From contig CANQXB010000001.1 in NCBI GenBank assembly GCA_947627805.1, forward strand, positions 24,836 to 88,835: a stretch of 64,000 nt of DNA, read 5' to 3'. Both the position numbers and the translations under genes were made by a program. The first letter of the stretch is position 1. The number at the start of each line of letters is the position of its first letter. Under the pieces are notes generated by a model. It did no database searches. It worked only from the letters and a program-made list of their open reading frames with translations, and was not told where the DNA came from. Below, piece after piece: positions 21,123 through 31,340 of this stretch. Source of the stretch: an uncultured Bacilli bacterium. GTDB lineage: Bacteria; Bacillota_I; Bacilli_A; RF39; UBA660.

Positions 21123-22900
21123 TCTTCTCTTAATTCATAATCATCTATCAAAATTTGTGGAGTTACAAAATCATTCCATTCATTTATATTTGGCGTACCT
21201 ACTATTGTAAGAACTTGATTTGGTTTAGTCCATTTTTCATACTCCTCTTGTGAAGAATTAAATTTAATTAAATTAACTCCATTATTTAGAATTACTTTAA
21301 TCGTTGGCTTTTTATCAGGTGACATTAGTTGTACTTCTTGTGATTCTAACGGAATATGTGCTACTACTACAGCTGCCTCAGGAATTTCTTGTCCCCAATA
21401 ATCATTCATTTTATTTAAGTCATATAAATAATGAGAAAAATCTTCGTTAGTGTGCCAAATAAAATCAACCCAATAAATAGGTTCTTGCGGGACGTTCGCG
21501 TAAATTCTATTAGTAACAGCTATAAATTTATCTAACTGCTCCTCTGGAATTGATATTCCGAAAGCACCAGCATGTCCAGTTGCAAAATCTACACATCCTG
21601 TTTTTTCACAAATTTCCCGCATATCCTGCACCTGTGATTTGCTATAATTGCGGGCGCTTCCCATATAAACATATTTATCAGCATCGGGCACTTTTGTTTT
21701 AGTGAGAACTAAGCATGGTCTTTGATATTTTGCTTGAATTTTATTTGCTGCCAACCCTGCGAGATTTTTTTCTACTTCTCCCGGTTCACATAAACAAATA
21801 ATAATACTATTATCTAATAAATGCTCATCTTCAATTTTATTTTCCAAAAGTTGCATAGAAGCGTCTGATAATCTAGTCTGTCTAGCTTTTACATTAGCAG
21901 CAACCCGCACTGCTTCTTCTACTCTTGGAACCAATTCGCCTTTATGTCCGCGTTTTTCTGATTTAATCTTTTCAAATGCTTTTGTAGTAAGCATTGATTC
22001 AAAGATTAGTTGTTTTTCTTCTTGTGTACCTGATCGTACAATAGCATTAATAAAAGGTGTTACATACCAAGCTATTGAATTATAATTTACCCCACCTTTT
22101 TTATCAATAGAAAAACTATTTTTTTCAACCATATAATAAAAAAATGAATTATGAATATTTTGTAAACCTTTATGAATAATATATCTCGTTTCAAGATTGC
22201 GATAATCCATCATATCAGATAAATTTCCAAGTGCGACTAAATCTAAAAAATCATCTGCAAAATTGTTTCCAGTTTCATTATCATAGGCTTGGCAAAAACG
22301 ATATACTATTCCAGCACCACTAAATGATTTATTACTATAATCATTTGAAAGTTGATTATTAACTGTAATTACATTAGCACTTGTACTTGTATGCGGGGCT
22401 TCGTGATGGTCAAAAATTACAATTATTTGACCTTTTTTACTCATTATTTCATGTTCTTCATAATCATTGCTACCTGCGTCTGGTACTATAACTATCGGAG
22501 CAGTTAATTTATCTGTCATATCTGCTAGTCCATGTTGTTTACCTGTATGCAAATAATATTTTATATGGTCTGCCGCATATTCTGGAGCAACTGCATTGAT
22601 ATAGTTGATAAAAATGGCAGAAGAACAGTACCCATCGGCATCACAATCCACCACCACTTCCATATCCCATTTTTGAGCAATGGCATCTTGGATAACAACT
22701 ACTGCATCTATAATACTATCTAACTTACGCCAAATTTCTTTTTCATTAGGATTTTCTGCTTTAATCCATTTTTCTAGTATATCTTCATTAATTCCTCGAC
22801 TAATTAAAATGCGGGAAGTAGTATCTTTATATTCATCTTCGTTTTCACTAAATAAGCGATAATCCACGTTTTTCCTCCAATGCTTTTGAACATAAGTCAT
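21110..22900 (-). CDS. DHH-family phosphoesterase, RecJ-like exonuclease
   Basis: VVVDCDADGYCSS DHH motif I and DHH motif FDHHE. Confidence 0.7.
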   Translation of the reverse strand: MTYVQKHWRKNVDYRLFSENEDEYKDTTSRILISRGINEDILEKWIKAENPNEKEIWRKLDSIIDAVVVIQDAIAQKWDMEVVVDCDADGYCSSAIFINYINAVAPEYAADHIKYYLHTGKQHGLADMTDKLTAPIVIVPDAGSNDYEEHEIMSKKGQIIVIFDHHEAPHTSTSANVITVNNQLSNDYSNKSFSGAGIVYRFCQAYDNETGNNFADDFLDLVALGNLSDMMDYRNLETRYIIHKGLQNIHNSFFYYMVEKNSFSIDKKGGVNYNSIAWYVTPFINAIVRSGTQEEKQLIFESMLTTKAFEKIKSEKRGHKGELVPRVEEAVRVAANVKARQTRLSDASMQLLENKIEDEHLLDNSIIICLCEPGEVEKNLAGLAANKIQAKYQRPCLVLTKTKVPDADKYVYMGSARNYSKSQVQDMREICEKTGCVDFATGHAGAFGISIPEEQLDKFIAVTNRIYANVPQEPIYWVDFIWHTNEDFSHYLYDLNKMNDYWGQEIPEAAVVVAHIPLESQEVQLMSPDKKPTIKVILNNGVNLIKFNSSQEEYEKWTKPNQVLTIVGTPNINEWNDFVTPQILIDDYELREEWIF

Positions 22901-23057
22901 TGAGGAAGAACCATTCGCAAAATGTACCTTTTATTTTTGGATGTCTAATTATTTTATCTAAAAGTCTGCAAACATAAAATTTTCCGCAATATCTTAAATG
23001 TTCACATGGTATTATATATTTTTCACAGTATCTACATATTGTACATGTTCTTTTCAT
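22848..23057 (-). CDS. small Cys-rich protein
   Basis: 69 aa with CTICRYC...CEHLRYC. Confidence 0.35.
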   Translation of the reverse strand: MKRTCTICRYCEKYIIPCEHLRYCGKFYVCRLLDKIIRHPKIKGTFCEWFFLNDLCSKALEEKRGLSLI

Positions 23058-23065
23058 GATTCTTC

Positions 23066-24154
23066 CTATTGTAATATAATTCTATTTTCTCTAAACAAAT
23101 ATTGGAACACATCTTTACCATGGTCTAATGGCGATGATTTATAATCTAATAAGTTGCTTTCATCCCATATAATACTTACATTGACTTGTGAAGTAAACTT
23201 GCGAGCTAATTTAATCATTTTATCTCTATTCTCATAATATTCTTGTGAGCCAATGTCTTTAAAATCTTTATCGAATGCGATAATTAAATCTTTAACTCCA
23301 AGAGTCACAAGTAAATGAAATTGATATTTTGATATAGAGCTGCCGCATACTGCTACACACATATTATTACCTAAACCAATATATGATAAATATTGCATAA
23401 CAGCTTTTTCTGATTCTACTACAATAGCCGTTTTCTTCTTTTGTATATTTTCTTTTGCTTGTTCTAACCCATATAAATTAAAAGCTAATGGATGATTATA
23501 CATTTTACCATTATTTATCCACGGTCTATACTTTCCACATTGCTCTTCAATTTCTTTTACTAATGTTCTTGTTCTAATTCCTATTAATCTACCATCTTCA
23601 TCTGTATGAGGAATTAAAATTCCACCATTTACAGGATCATACCGTATATTCATATAATCACAAACTTCTTTAATTATACCTTCACGCTCCCAAGATTTAA
23701 TTAAAGGTTGTGGATAATATTGTAAAATATTCTCATTGATTTGCGGCAAGATTAATTTTTCAGTTTGCTCACCATGAATTTTTGCGACTCTTTGATATTC
23801 TCTAAATGCTTTTTGATCTTCTGTATTTAATACTTCTATATCAGTTATAGAACCTTCAAGATTAAAAAATTGAACAACAAAATAAATTGCCGTATTAAAA
23901 TCTTCTAAATGTTCTATTTTTTGTACTAGTTCAAATATATCAAATTTTCCGCAACTACCTGTGTAACATGTAAATAGTTGGCTATTTTCATAATAATATA
24001 ATTTATGAGAATCTCCGCCATGACATATTGTTAATGCTTCTATATGATTAGAATACATTTGCGGTTCTGCATTATAATATTCTAATAATAAAAAAACATC
24101 TTCTAACTCAATTAATTCTTTAACTTCTTCTTTACTATAGCTCATTATTATCAT
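23066..24154 (-). CDS. DnaG-like DNA primase
   Basis: CHC2 zinc finger (CHGGDSH...CYTGSCG) followed by a Toprim region (VVESEKAV...D.D). Confidence 0.75.
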   Translation of the reverse strand: MIIMSYSKEEVKELIELEDVFLLLEYYNAEPQMYSNHIEALTICHGGDSHKLYYYENSQLFTCYTGSCGKFDIFELVQKIEHLEDFNTAIYFVVQFFNLEGSITDIEVLNTEDQKAFREYQRVAKIHGEQTEKLILPQINENILQYYPQPLIKSWEREGIIKEVCDYMNIRYDPVNGGILIPHTDEDGRLIGIRTRTLVKEIEEQCGKYRPWINNGKMYNHPLAFNLYGLEQAKENIQKKKTAIVVESEKAVMQYLSYIGLGNNMCVAVCGSSISKYQFHLLVTLGVKDLIIAFDKDFKDIGSQEYYENRDKMIKLARKFTSQVNVSIIWDESNLLDYKSSPLDHGKDVFQYLFRENRIILQ

Positions 24155-25691
24155 CTACTTCTATAGTTAAAGGAGTTAATGTAATTGGATTATATTTCCA
24201 ATCTGTAACAAAGATCCCTTCAAAACGACAAGTGCCTTTATCTGCGTACATCCATATATAACATTTGTTGCACTCGCCACCACGATTTTTATAAATTGAC
24301 ATTTTTATATTAGGTTCACGAGACAATTCTAATGATGGGGTTAGCTGAGATAATTTTTCTCTATCATTATCAGTTAATTCTAACAAAATCATACCAGCGT
24401 CTACTTTATCTGCAATAGCTTTTGCACCACGTAATAGATTTTGATCAGGTGTATCTGATGTTTGATAATCTGCATTTAATTGTGTTGCAGACATAATAAA
24501 TATATTAAATTTTGTGCATATATCTTTTAACGATACTGAAATCATAAAAAGAACATTATCTTCTCTTAGCCGCATACCTGCGGAACGTCGAGAAATTTCT
24601 TCTAATATTTTCATTGAACTATGAATATAATCTAAAAAAACATATTGAATTGCATGTTGCCGCAAATTTCTTTTAATTGTATTCTCAATATCTTTCATAT
24701 TAAAATCAGGAAGCTCTTCAACATATAAAGGAGAGCTTTGTAATAATTTTGCAGCGTATTGTACTCTTTCTAATTCTTCTGTTGAATAATATTCATTTCG
24801 TAGAATATGTTCTTCATTTACAGCTGATAAAAATGCTAAAGCCATTGTAGTAATTTCTTGAATATCTTGCTCTGTCGATATAAATAATACTGGTTGTTTC
24901 TTACCATTTTTAATCCATTTTCCATGAGTAGTAGAGTATATCTCAGAGCATGCCATCTGACAAGCATCCGCAACCATAGACCTTGATTTACCGATACCAG
25001 TCGCGGCAGATCTAATATAAAATTTACCAAGACGCGCTCCCCGCACCGCCGCATTTGTGAACTGATCATGTAGCGGAAGTCCAACATCTGGTAATTTTTC
25101 AAGACTAGCTAAAATATCAGAAACTTTATCTCCAAGAAGTACAGCTCCTTCATATACGTTTTCTTCCGCATAGTGCGCCCGCACATTCTCTATCATTATT
25201 TCTATTTCATTAGCAATATCATCAACAGTTAAACTTTCAAAATATTTTCTTTTTTCTTCAACAATATCTGAGCTATCTAATATATCAGAAGGAATTGGAT
25301 AAAATTTGCTAACATCTACCCCAATTGCATCATACGCTCGCAAAAGAGTTAATTTCTTGATTGTATTATAATAATGGTCAAAATTTAATAATTCTGACTG
25401 CTCTTTAACATTTTCTACCCACTGCGCTCCACCATTTGCATCATATATTGCTTTACTTTTGGGTTTCGATTCAAGATAGTTTTCTATCGCTTGTAAAGTA
25501 ATATTTTGTGCACCAGTTTGATATAAATTATAAACTGCGCCAAATACTACTTTATGCATATCGTTTAAAAAATCTTCTTCATTAAAAAAATAAATACCAT
25601 CGTTTTCTAATAATGATGGTTTCTTTAAAATACATCCTATTAAATGAAGAGCGGCGTCATTATCTCTATAATCAGAGTTTTTTATACTCAA
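24135..25691 (-). CDS. DnaB-like replicative helicase
   Basis: N-terminal DnaB domain and RecA-fold Walker A SAATGIGKS. Confidence 0.8.
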   Translation of the reverse strand: MSIKNSDYRDNDAALHLIGCILKKPSLLENDGIYFFNEEDFLNDMHKVVFGAVYNLYQTGAQNITLQAIENYLESKPKSKAIYDANGGAQWVENVKEQSELLNFDHYYNTIKKLTLLRAYDAIGVDVSKFYPIPSDILDSSDIVEEKRKYFESLTVDDIANEIEIMIENVRAHYAEENVYEGAVLLGDKVSDILASLEKLPDVGLPLHDQFTNAAVRGARLGKFYIRSAATGIGKSRSMVADACQMACSEIYSTTHGKWIKNGKKQPVLFISTEQDIQEITTMALAFLSAVNEEHILRNEYYSTEELERVQYAAKLLQSSPLYVEELPDFNMKDIENTIKRNLRQHAIQYVFLDYIHSSMKILEEISRRSAGMRLREDNVLFMISVSLKDICTKFNIFIMSATQLNADYQTSDTPDQNLLRGAKAIADKVDAGMILLELTDNDREKLSQLTPSLELSREPNIKMSIYKNRGGECNKCYIWMYADKGTCRFEGIFVTDWKYNPITLTPLTIEVDDNNEL

Positions 25692-25706
25692 TACACCCCT
25701 CCTCTT

Positions 25707-26201
25707 CTACTCTAAATGAAACAATTTTAATCTCTTTGGTTTCGTAGTTACAGTAGAATTTGTATGAATAATTTTTGGCTCTAGTGATTTTTTCCATTTA
25801 TCAAAATTTGTCTCATTGTATTGGTGTTTACTTTTTTCTTTTTCCTCCCAATAATCCATTGCTTCTCCATACACATATTCTACAATACCTATACTTCCAT
25901 AAGCAGCGCTTGGATCATTCTTTTTTATATCATACCAATAATCAAGAGTTTTCTTTATTCCTATTGGAGTGAATCCCATTTTTTTATATGCAGATATTTT
26001 TGAATCTATTCTTTTTTTATTATACGCATTTCCGCATAATTCTCGCATTTTACAATGAATTGAATCTATTATAATATCATTTTTATTACGTTCTATATAA
26101 CATTTTTTATGATAATATCTATTTTTTACTTGTACATATTCTTCATCTTCTCGATAAAAAGATTGCTCACATGAAGGACATTTTACTTTATGTTTTGCCA
26201 T
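25707..26201 (-). CDS. hypothetical Zn-binding protein
   Basis: 164 aa with CPSCEQ...HKKCY. Confidence 0.45.
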   Translation of the reverse strand: MAKHKVKCPSCEQSFYREDEEYVQVKNRYYHKKCYIERNKNDIIIDSIHCKMRELCGNAYNKKRIDSKISAYKKMGFTPIGIKKTLDYWYDIKKNDPSAAYGSIGIVEYVYGEAMDYWEEKEKSKHQYNETNFDKWKKSLEPKIIHTNSTVTTKPKRLKLFHLE

Positions 26202-26239
26202 GAATATCCTCCTTTGTGTATACTAATACTATATAATAT

Positions 26240-26268
26240 ATTATATCATAAAAAAACATTCTTGTCAA
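26240..26268 (-). promoter_or_regulatory. sigma-A-type promoter, perfect TTGACA, 17 nt, TATAAT with TGn
   Basis: Minus-strand reading TTGACAagaatgtttttttatgaTATAAT. Confidence 0.6.
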
Positions 26269-26275
26269 AGAAAAA

Positions 26276-26297
26276 GCCCGCCGAAGCGGGCTTAAAA
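26276..26297. terminator. bidirectional rho-independent terminator
   Basis: AAAAAGCCCGC-cgaa-GCGGGCTTAAAAAG. Confidence 0.65.
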
Positions 26298-26305
26298 AGT
26301 ATTTC

Positions 26306-26956
26306 TTAAATTCCTTGTCCAACAGCATCAATAAGATCTGATATAATAAGATCGAGTTGCTCAACTTGTGAACGTTGCATTTCTGCAACTTTTTTACCTG
26401 GACCAAGATGTTTAGCTACAATATCATTGATGCGGGGAGCCCAGGTAGTGCCAAAATTCCCTCCCGCAGCTTCCATGATCTTAGAAACAAGATCATTAAA
26501 GGTTGACATTAACTGGTCAAAGTTAGGAGTTTCTTTAATTTCATAAGCTGTAGTGCGGGAGTCTGTAACAAATTCTCCATTATGCGTTTCAGCTTCTTTA
26601 TCAATAGCCTCTCCAATAGCATCAACAAGATTTTGATATGTAAACTCAATAGATGGCGGAGTAAAACGAAAACGACTACCAGCTACAAATCGCGGGGTTC
26701 CGCGCATATATAAGGTGGTGTGAGTTGTGCCATCTTCGTCTTGTACAGGATGCGCATAACCAATAATATCAGACATGCGGTCTACAATAAGACGAGGACG
26801 CTTATCAAGAGTTGGAACAATTTGGTTATACTCTTTGCCGTTTTCATCAGTAAAGACTTTGTCCTCAGAGTGAGAAATCATTACTAAACCATATCCCATT
26901 TGCGGGATACTGCGCAATGTTTCATCAAATTCTTTTGCGGCGAGTTTGTAACCCTT
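26306..26956 (-). CDS. exon 3 (217 aa) of a split P-loop recombination-type ATPase gene (RecA-like/AAA_24, Sak4-like)
   Basis: Continues the exon 2 frame after the intron; exact 3' splice site within GGATAACATAATTG|AAGGGT is uncertain by a few nt. Confidence 0.6.
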   Translation of the reverse strand, partial: KGYKLAAKEFDETLRSIPQMGYGLVMISHSEDKVFTDENGKEYNQIVPTLDKRPRLIVDRMSDIIGYAHPVQDEDGTTHTTLYMRGTPRFVAGSRFRFTPPSIEFTYQNLVDAIGEAIDKEAETHNGEFVTDSRTTAYEIKETPNFDQLMSTFNDLVSKIMEAAGGNFGTTWAPRINDIVAKHLGPGKKVAEMQRSQVEQLDLIISDLIDAVGQGI

Positions 26957-28045
26957 CAATTATGTTATCCTAAAGGCTTTTTATCCTTTAGTTCTTATAC
27001 TTCTTATTCGTATAAGTTCAGCATATCTTTTTATCCTTTTGCAAAGGATAAGCAGTCTCGTGGAAAATTATTTCATTATAAGTTTTTGGAATTTTTCAAA
27101 TTTTCTTTTCATATAAATTTTTGGATTATCTTTATAAAGAAAATCTAAAACGGTTTTAGCTTTATTCCCATAGCAATAAAGTCTATATAAAGGAATTCTC
27201 CTATTTTCACCAAATTGAGAAGTTAAATTAAGTTGAATATTGATAGTCTCTAATAAGTATTGCTGAATTTCAGTTAAAAAATGTAAACAAGTAGAATCTA
27301 ATTGAAAAACTAAAGAAGTCGCTTTTTTAACAGAACCATCGCCATCAAAAAACCCTCTTATGTAATGACGAATTAAATGATAATCAATACTATCTAAAGG
27401 AACATGGAAATTTTTATGATTGTAAGTTTTATTTGGAGGTAGGTGGTATCGTTCAATTAATATTTTTTTAAGATTTTTATCTTCTATATAAAGTTTACAA
27501 TTTTCATATCCTCGTTGTGTCACATAAAATTTAATTGGTCTAGTTAATCCCATTGCTTCTCTAATTTTTTCTAGCACTTCAGCATCTTGTTTTCGTAACT
27601 CAATATATACTTGATTACTTCGTTCTGCTACACATCCATCAGCTGCAATTAAACCTAATGTATATGCTAATTCTTCAGACTGATGATAGAAAAAATCTTC
27701 ATTAAAATTATATACTCTGCAATGCTCTCCCGGTTTTCTCGTATCAACATTGTGTTTTGCTAAAATTTTTCTTAATCTTTTTTCTCCAATGCTAAAATGT
27801 TTACATGTCTTTTTAATAGAATTAGGTTGTAAATAATATTCAACAACCTTTAATTCATTTACTTCTACAATTTTACCCATTTTACTCCTCCCGAGTCAAA
27901 TGTTTTACTTATAATGTTTAAGTTTTCTATGCGTTGCACGTGACTAAACTTTTGCATTTAGCCTTCCGTTCTGATTCCCCTCTCAGGGTTCCAGCTTTTA
28001 CTGCTTTTTTCAAAGAATATTACTATTCTAAGCGGCAAGTAATTT
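26957..28045 (-). mobile_element. group I intron 2 in the ATPase gene, carrying a LAGLIDADG homing endonuclease
   Basis: Starts T|AAATTACTTGCCGCTTAG like intron 1; shares TTGAAAAAA, GAAGGCT, ACG(T/C)GCAACGCATAGA and the 3' block TGTTATCCTAAAGGCTTTTTATCCTTTAGTTCTT with intron 1; covarying P9-like stem. Confidence 0.7.
27068..27880 (-). CDS. LAGLIDADG homing endonuclease, intron-encoded
   Basis: LGLIAADGCV and IRGFFDGDGSV motifs; N-terminal HTH-like region; own RBS and start codon. Confidence 0.8.
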   Translation of the reverse strand: MGKIVEVNELKVVEYYLQPNSIKKTCKHFSIGEKRLRKILAKHNVDTRKPGEHCRVYNFNEDFFYHQSEELAYTLGLIAADGCVAERSNQVYIELRKQDAEVLEKIREAMGLTRPIKFYVTQRGYENCKLYIEDKNLKKILIERYHLPPNKTYNHKNFHVPLDSIDYHLIRHYIRGFFDGDGSVKKATSLVFQLDSTCLHFLTEIQQYLLETINIQLNLTSQFGENRRIPLYRLYCYGNKAKTVLDFLYKDNPKIYMKRKFEKFQKLIMK

Positions 28046-28315
28046 ACCGTAGGGTATATCACCTATAGTTGCGGCACCTTCATTATTGCAAATATATTTT
28101 TCACATAAATCATAAGCTATGTCTGCCGTATCCACAATAATATTTTGAAACTTTTGATGAGCTTCTTCATTATTTAATTGCTTCAAAACCTTTTTAAAAT
28201 CAGACCATTTTTTAATAGGTTGCGCAAGAATCCCAGGGATAGCCAGGTATCCGACTTCAAAAGCTAAAAGCAAAGCCTTGGGAAATTGACTGGCGATGGT
28301 AGTTTTTCCGGTTTT
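28046..28315 (-). CDS. exon 2 (90 aa) of the split ATPase gene
   Basis: TGKTTIASQF completes Walker A GAPK|TGKTT with exon 1; the tracked ORF 28028..28318 begins on GTG and ends on an intron-encoded stop. Confidence 0.6.
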
Positions 28316-29348
28316 CACATTGTTATCCTAAAGGCTTTTTATCCTTTAGTTCTTGCGGTTTCCCGCAAGGTCAGCATATATTATCATCTATTTAATATAA
28401 CTAAATAGAGTCCTTGACTCGTGGATTTATTATATTCTTGAATTAAGCGCTATAAGATATTTGTTATATTTTCTTTCTAGCTTTGGAGTATTAATATTAT
28501 AAATATCTTTTAAGAATTGCAAAGAAGGCGTAGTTGATAGTTCTAAACTATATAAGTCTCTTGATGTATGATAAAGATACCAAGGATAATCTGTAAAATC
28601 TTGAATTTCTTCAAATAATCCTTTTGTCTTTGAAGTAATTTTTACTTTCCCAGCAGTATAACTCCCATCTCCATCATAAAAACCTTTAATAAAACTTAGT
28701 TTAAATACATCTGGGATATTCTTCATTGAAATATTTTTGTAAGTTTTATCAGGAACAATGCTATAATTTTCTAAATCTTCTTTAATTTGTTTAGAAGAAA
28801 ATTCTAATTCTGCTACAGGATATTTACTTTCAACAGTATAATGTTTAATTGGAGCTTCAATTTGAGCTTTTTCTTTGAATTCAATTAACCATTGTTCGTC
28901 TGCTACTTGCAATCCAATTTTTATAGCATTACGATTTTTTCTTATTGTGCCATCTGCCGCAATAAAACCTAAATAATAAGCTGATGTATCATTTAATGTA
29001 TGAAAATAATTATGATTAACTTTGTATCCTCTTTTCATATTTTCAATAACACACTGTTCATGACGATCTCTAATATGAACATTATAAGAATTAAACATTT
29101 TTTTCAACTTATAGGTAGAAATATTAAATTCTCTTTCACAAGCAGCTAAACTATTGCCTTCTTGATAAAATTTTATAATATTACTGTGGTTGACCATTAC
29201 AGGCAAGCATCCTTTCTTCAAGTTTCAAAATCTATGCGTTGCGCGTGTTATAACTTTTAAATTATAACTTCCGCTCGTGTTAGCAGCTAAGCCTTCACGT
29301 TTTTTCAAGGATTTGCTAGTTTAATCGCTCAAACTAGGCCCAAAATTT
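28316..29348 (-). mobile_element. group I intron 1 in the ATPase gene, carrying a LAGLIDADG homing endonuclease
   Basis: 5' splice site after U (GCGCCT|AAATTTTGGGCC) with a 4-bp P1 to IGS GGGC; terminal G in AATGTG|AAAACC; P2 hairpin CTAGTTT..AAACTAG. Confidence 0.7.
28430..29221 (-). CDS. LAGLIDADG homing endonuclease, intron-encoded; paralogue of 27068..27880
   Basis: LGFIAADGTI and IKGFYDGDGS motifs. Confidence 0.8.
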   Translation of the reverse strand: MKKGCLPVMVNHSNIIKFYQEGNSLAACEREFNISTYKLKKMFNSYNVHIRDRHEQCVIENMKRGYKVNHNYFHTLNDTSAYYLGFIAADGTIRKNRNAIKIGLQVADEQWLIEFKEKAQIEAPIKHYTVESKYPVAELEFSSKQIKEDLENYSIVPDKTYKNISMKNIPDVFKLSFIKGFYDGDGSYTAGKVKITSKTKGLFEEIQDFTDYPWYLYHTSRDLYSLELSTTPSLQFLKDIYNINTPKLERKYNKYLIALNSRI

Positions 29349-29435
29349 AGGCGCACCGTATAACAAAACCGTATAGCCGCAGAGATCACGAGAAATTTCA
29401 TGCGGCTGGATAGACAGAATATCAATATCAGCCAT
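29349..29435 (-). CDS. exon 1 (29 aa) of the split ATPase gene
   Basis: RBS AGGAGG then ATG; MADIDILSIQPHEISRDLCGYTVLLYGAP ends in the first half of Walker A; a stop follows 4 codons into the intron. Confidence 0.55.
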
Positions 29436-29449
29436 CTATACAACCTCCT

Positions 29450-30403
29450 TTAAAATACAAAGCCTGCATTAGTGGTTGACTTAGGCGCCTCTGCTGCTGG
29501 TGTCACACTCCCCGCGAATCCATTATTGCGAGAGTTTTGATAATCCTCTTGTTCTTTTTTGCGTTGAGCGACATAAGCCTCACGAGCTTCAATAGCTTTC
29601 TTAAGTTCATCCAAAGTAATTGTGCTTGGATCATCAAATACCATTGGCTCAGGAGAAGCTGCTGTTACATCCCACGCACGGAATACACGAGTTGTTGTTT
29701 CAATTTCAGGTGCTCCAAAAGCACTTTCAATTTCTCGCTCTTGGACAATTGTATTTGAAATAATGCGCCCACGTAAAGTCGTTAGCATAGGATTCTGAGA
29801 GCTAATATCCGCATCTTCAAAATATTTTAATCCAGCAGTAGTAGAGAATGTTACTGGAAGCAAATCTCCTCGCCAATTAAAACAATATCCATTAAGTTGC
29901 AAATAATCTTCTCCATCTTCAACCTCTTTTAATACAGTTGAAGAAATAAGAGTATCTACTTCAAAATGCGCACCAGTTCCAGAAAGGTCACTAATAATAT
30001 TTATAAAACTACCACGGACACGCTTTTGTGCTACCATTTCATTTGTACGATTACTCAAGAAATCATTAATTTCAATTTCTCCTTGAACGCGAACTTTTGT
30101 AGCATTAGTACCTACTTGCTCATAAGTTTGGCACTTACCCTCAATAAACCCTTTCAGAGTATTAAAATTAGGATTGGGCTTAGGGTTAGGCCGCTGTGGT
30201 GTAACTGCACCATATGTAGGAGTTACATAAGTAAAATATACAGGAACTACATTTAGTGCATCATCATCTGTTGCGATATTAAGAACACCATTAATAAATT
30301 TTTGTCCAGGATTTTTTGATTTTTCTCCACTTACACGTTCTTGTAGGTTTACATTAAAAATATAGCCTTCTACTGTAACACTATTTTTCCAATTGTCTTT
30401 CAA
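29450..30403 (-). CDS. hypothetical protein, possibly ssDNA-binding or recombination-associated, upstream of the ATPase
   Basis: 317-aa ORF; the stop overlaps the RBS of ATPase exon 1; function not recognised. Confidence 0.45.
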   Translation of the reverse strand: MKDNWKNSVTVEGYIFNVNLQERVSGEKSKNPGQKFINGVLNIATDDDALNVVPVYFTYVTPTYGAVTPQRPNPKPNPNFNTLKGFIEGKCQTYEQVGTNATKVRVQGEIEINDFLSNRTNEMVAQKRVRGSFINIISDLSGTGAHFEVDTLISSTVLKEVEDGEDYLQLNGYCFNWRGDLLPVTFSTTAGLKYFEDADISSQNPMLTTLRGRIISNTIVQEREIESAFGAPEIETTTRVFRAWDVTAASPEPMVFDDPSTITLDELKKAIEAREAYVAQRKKEQEDYQNSRNNGFAGSVTPAAEAPKSTTNAGFVF

Positions 30404-31340
30404 TTCTACTCCTTAATTCTCTTTCTTCTTCTTCATAATCTTCTTCTTCATCTTCTTCTTCAAAATCTTCGTCTTTAAAAATTTCTATTATATTTTCTTT
30501 TATATCTTCTTCTTTTATTTTATTGTTTTCTTCTATTTCTTTGTCTTCTTTTACCTCTTCCGTTTCTTCTTTTTCCTGCTTACTATCACATTTGTTTTTT
30601 TTCTTTCTTTGTTGTTTTTCCTCTCTAAGCTCTTTCTCAATTTGTTCTAACATTTTACTTTTTCTTTTATTTTCTTTTATTATATCATAAGATTTTTCTT
30701 TTGTAAAGTTTCCAGTTATAAATTCAGAATAAGGTAAAGAATTAATCCAATTTACAAAATTAACACGCCAATGCGGCAACCTGTGATTATGTCTTTGTTG
30801 ATACATTCTAGCTAAAACTTCATAATTTATATTAATAAATCTACGTTGAATATAGCTACAAGGTAATAAACTTTTAATTTCAACTAGTAGATCTGATTGT
30901 ATTGTTTTAGCTAAATTAGGAGTATTATAAGCATTAATCAATTTATTTAAAATTTCAATAATATAAGATAATGCTTTATATGAGTAATTCTTCATAGAAA
31001 CAGAACTATCAAAATCTGCGATGGACAATTGAGCTTTTCCAATAGTGTGCATAGTTGATTCAGAATTGCAGCTTACGCCAATGTGATAGGTGTCCCATTC
31101 AGACCAAAAAAATAATGGCGCAGCTATTTCTACCCAAACCTGCACTTGCCGCATCCATTTTCTATGCTCTGAGCCACCTTCCCACAATGATTTAGCTAAT
31201 CTGTAATCTCTTGGGCCAATAACAATTTTATTATTTTTATAATCAAAATAACTATCTGCTTTATTATATGATTTAAGGGGCGCTCGCATACCTTCTAAAG
31301 CTGCTTGCCACCCACTAATATTCTTTGTTAAAAATTCCAT
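30381..31340 (-). CDS. hypothetical protein with K/E-rich low-complexity C-terminal tail
   Basis: 319 aa; C-terminal 90 aa is almost pure K/E/D. Confidence 0.45.
   Translation of the reverse strand: MEFLTKNISGWQAALEGMRAPLKSYNKADSYFDYKNNKIVIGPRDYRLAKSLWEGGSEHRKWMRQVQVWVEIAAPLFFWSEWDTYHIGVSCNSESTMHTIGKAQLSIADFDSSVSMKNYSYKALSYIIEILNKLINAYNTPNLAKTIQSDLLVEIKSLLPCSYIQRRFININYEVLARMYQQRHNHRLPHWRVNFVNWINSLPYSEFITGNFTKEKSYDIIKENKRKSKMLEQIEKELREEKQQRKKKNKCDSKQEKEETEEVKEDKEIEENNKIKEEDIKENIIEIFKDEDFEEEDEEEDYEEEERELRSRIERQLEK

Noticed and set aside
26188-26406. 72-aa ORF spanning the 25707-26201 / 26306 intergenic region
   Set aside because: It runs straight through a rho-independent terminator hairpin and a consensus promoter and overlaps the ATPase exon 3 end. 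It is judged non-coding.
27068-29221. Intein hypothesis for the two LAGLIDADG ORFs
   Set aside because: Each endonuclease has its own RBS and start codon, is out of frame with the host exons, and is surrounded by non-coding sequence with group I-like conserved blocks and covarying stems. These are intron-encoded endonucleases, not inteins.
30381-31340. ThyX (FAD-dependent thymidylate synthase) for ORF 30381-31340, suggested by an RHNHR stretch
   Set aside because: It lacks the RHRxxSxxxxSxR signature serines and the typical N-terminal region. It is called hypothetical.
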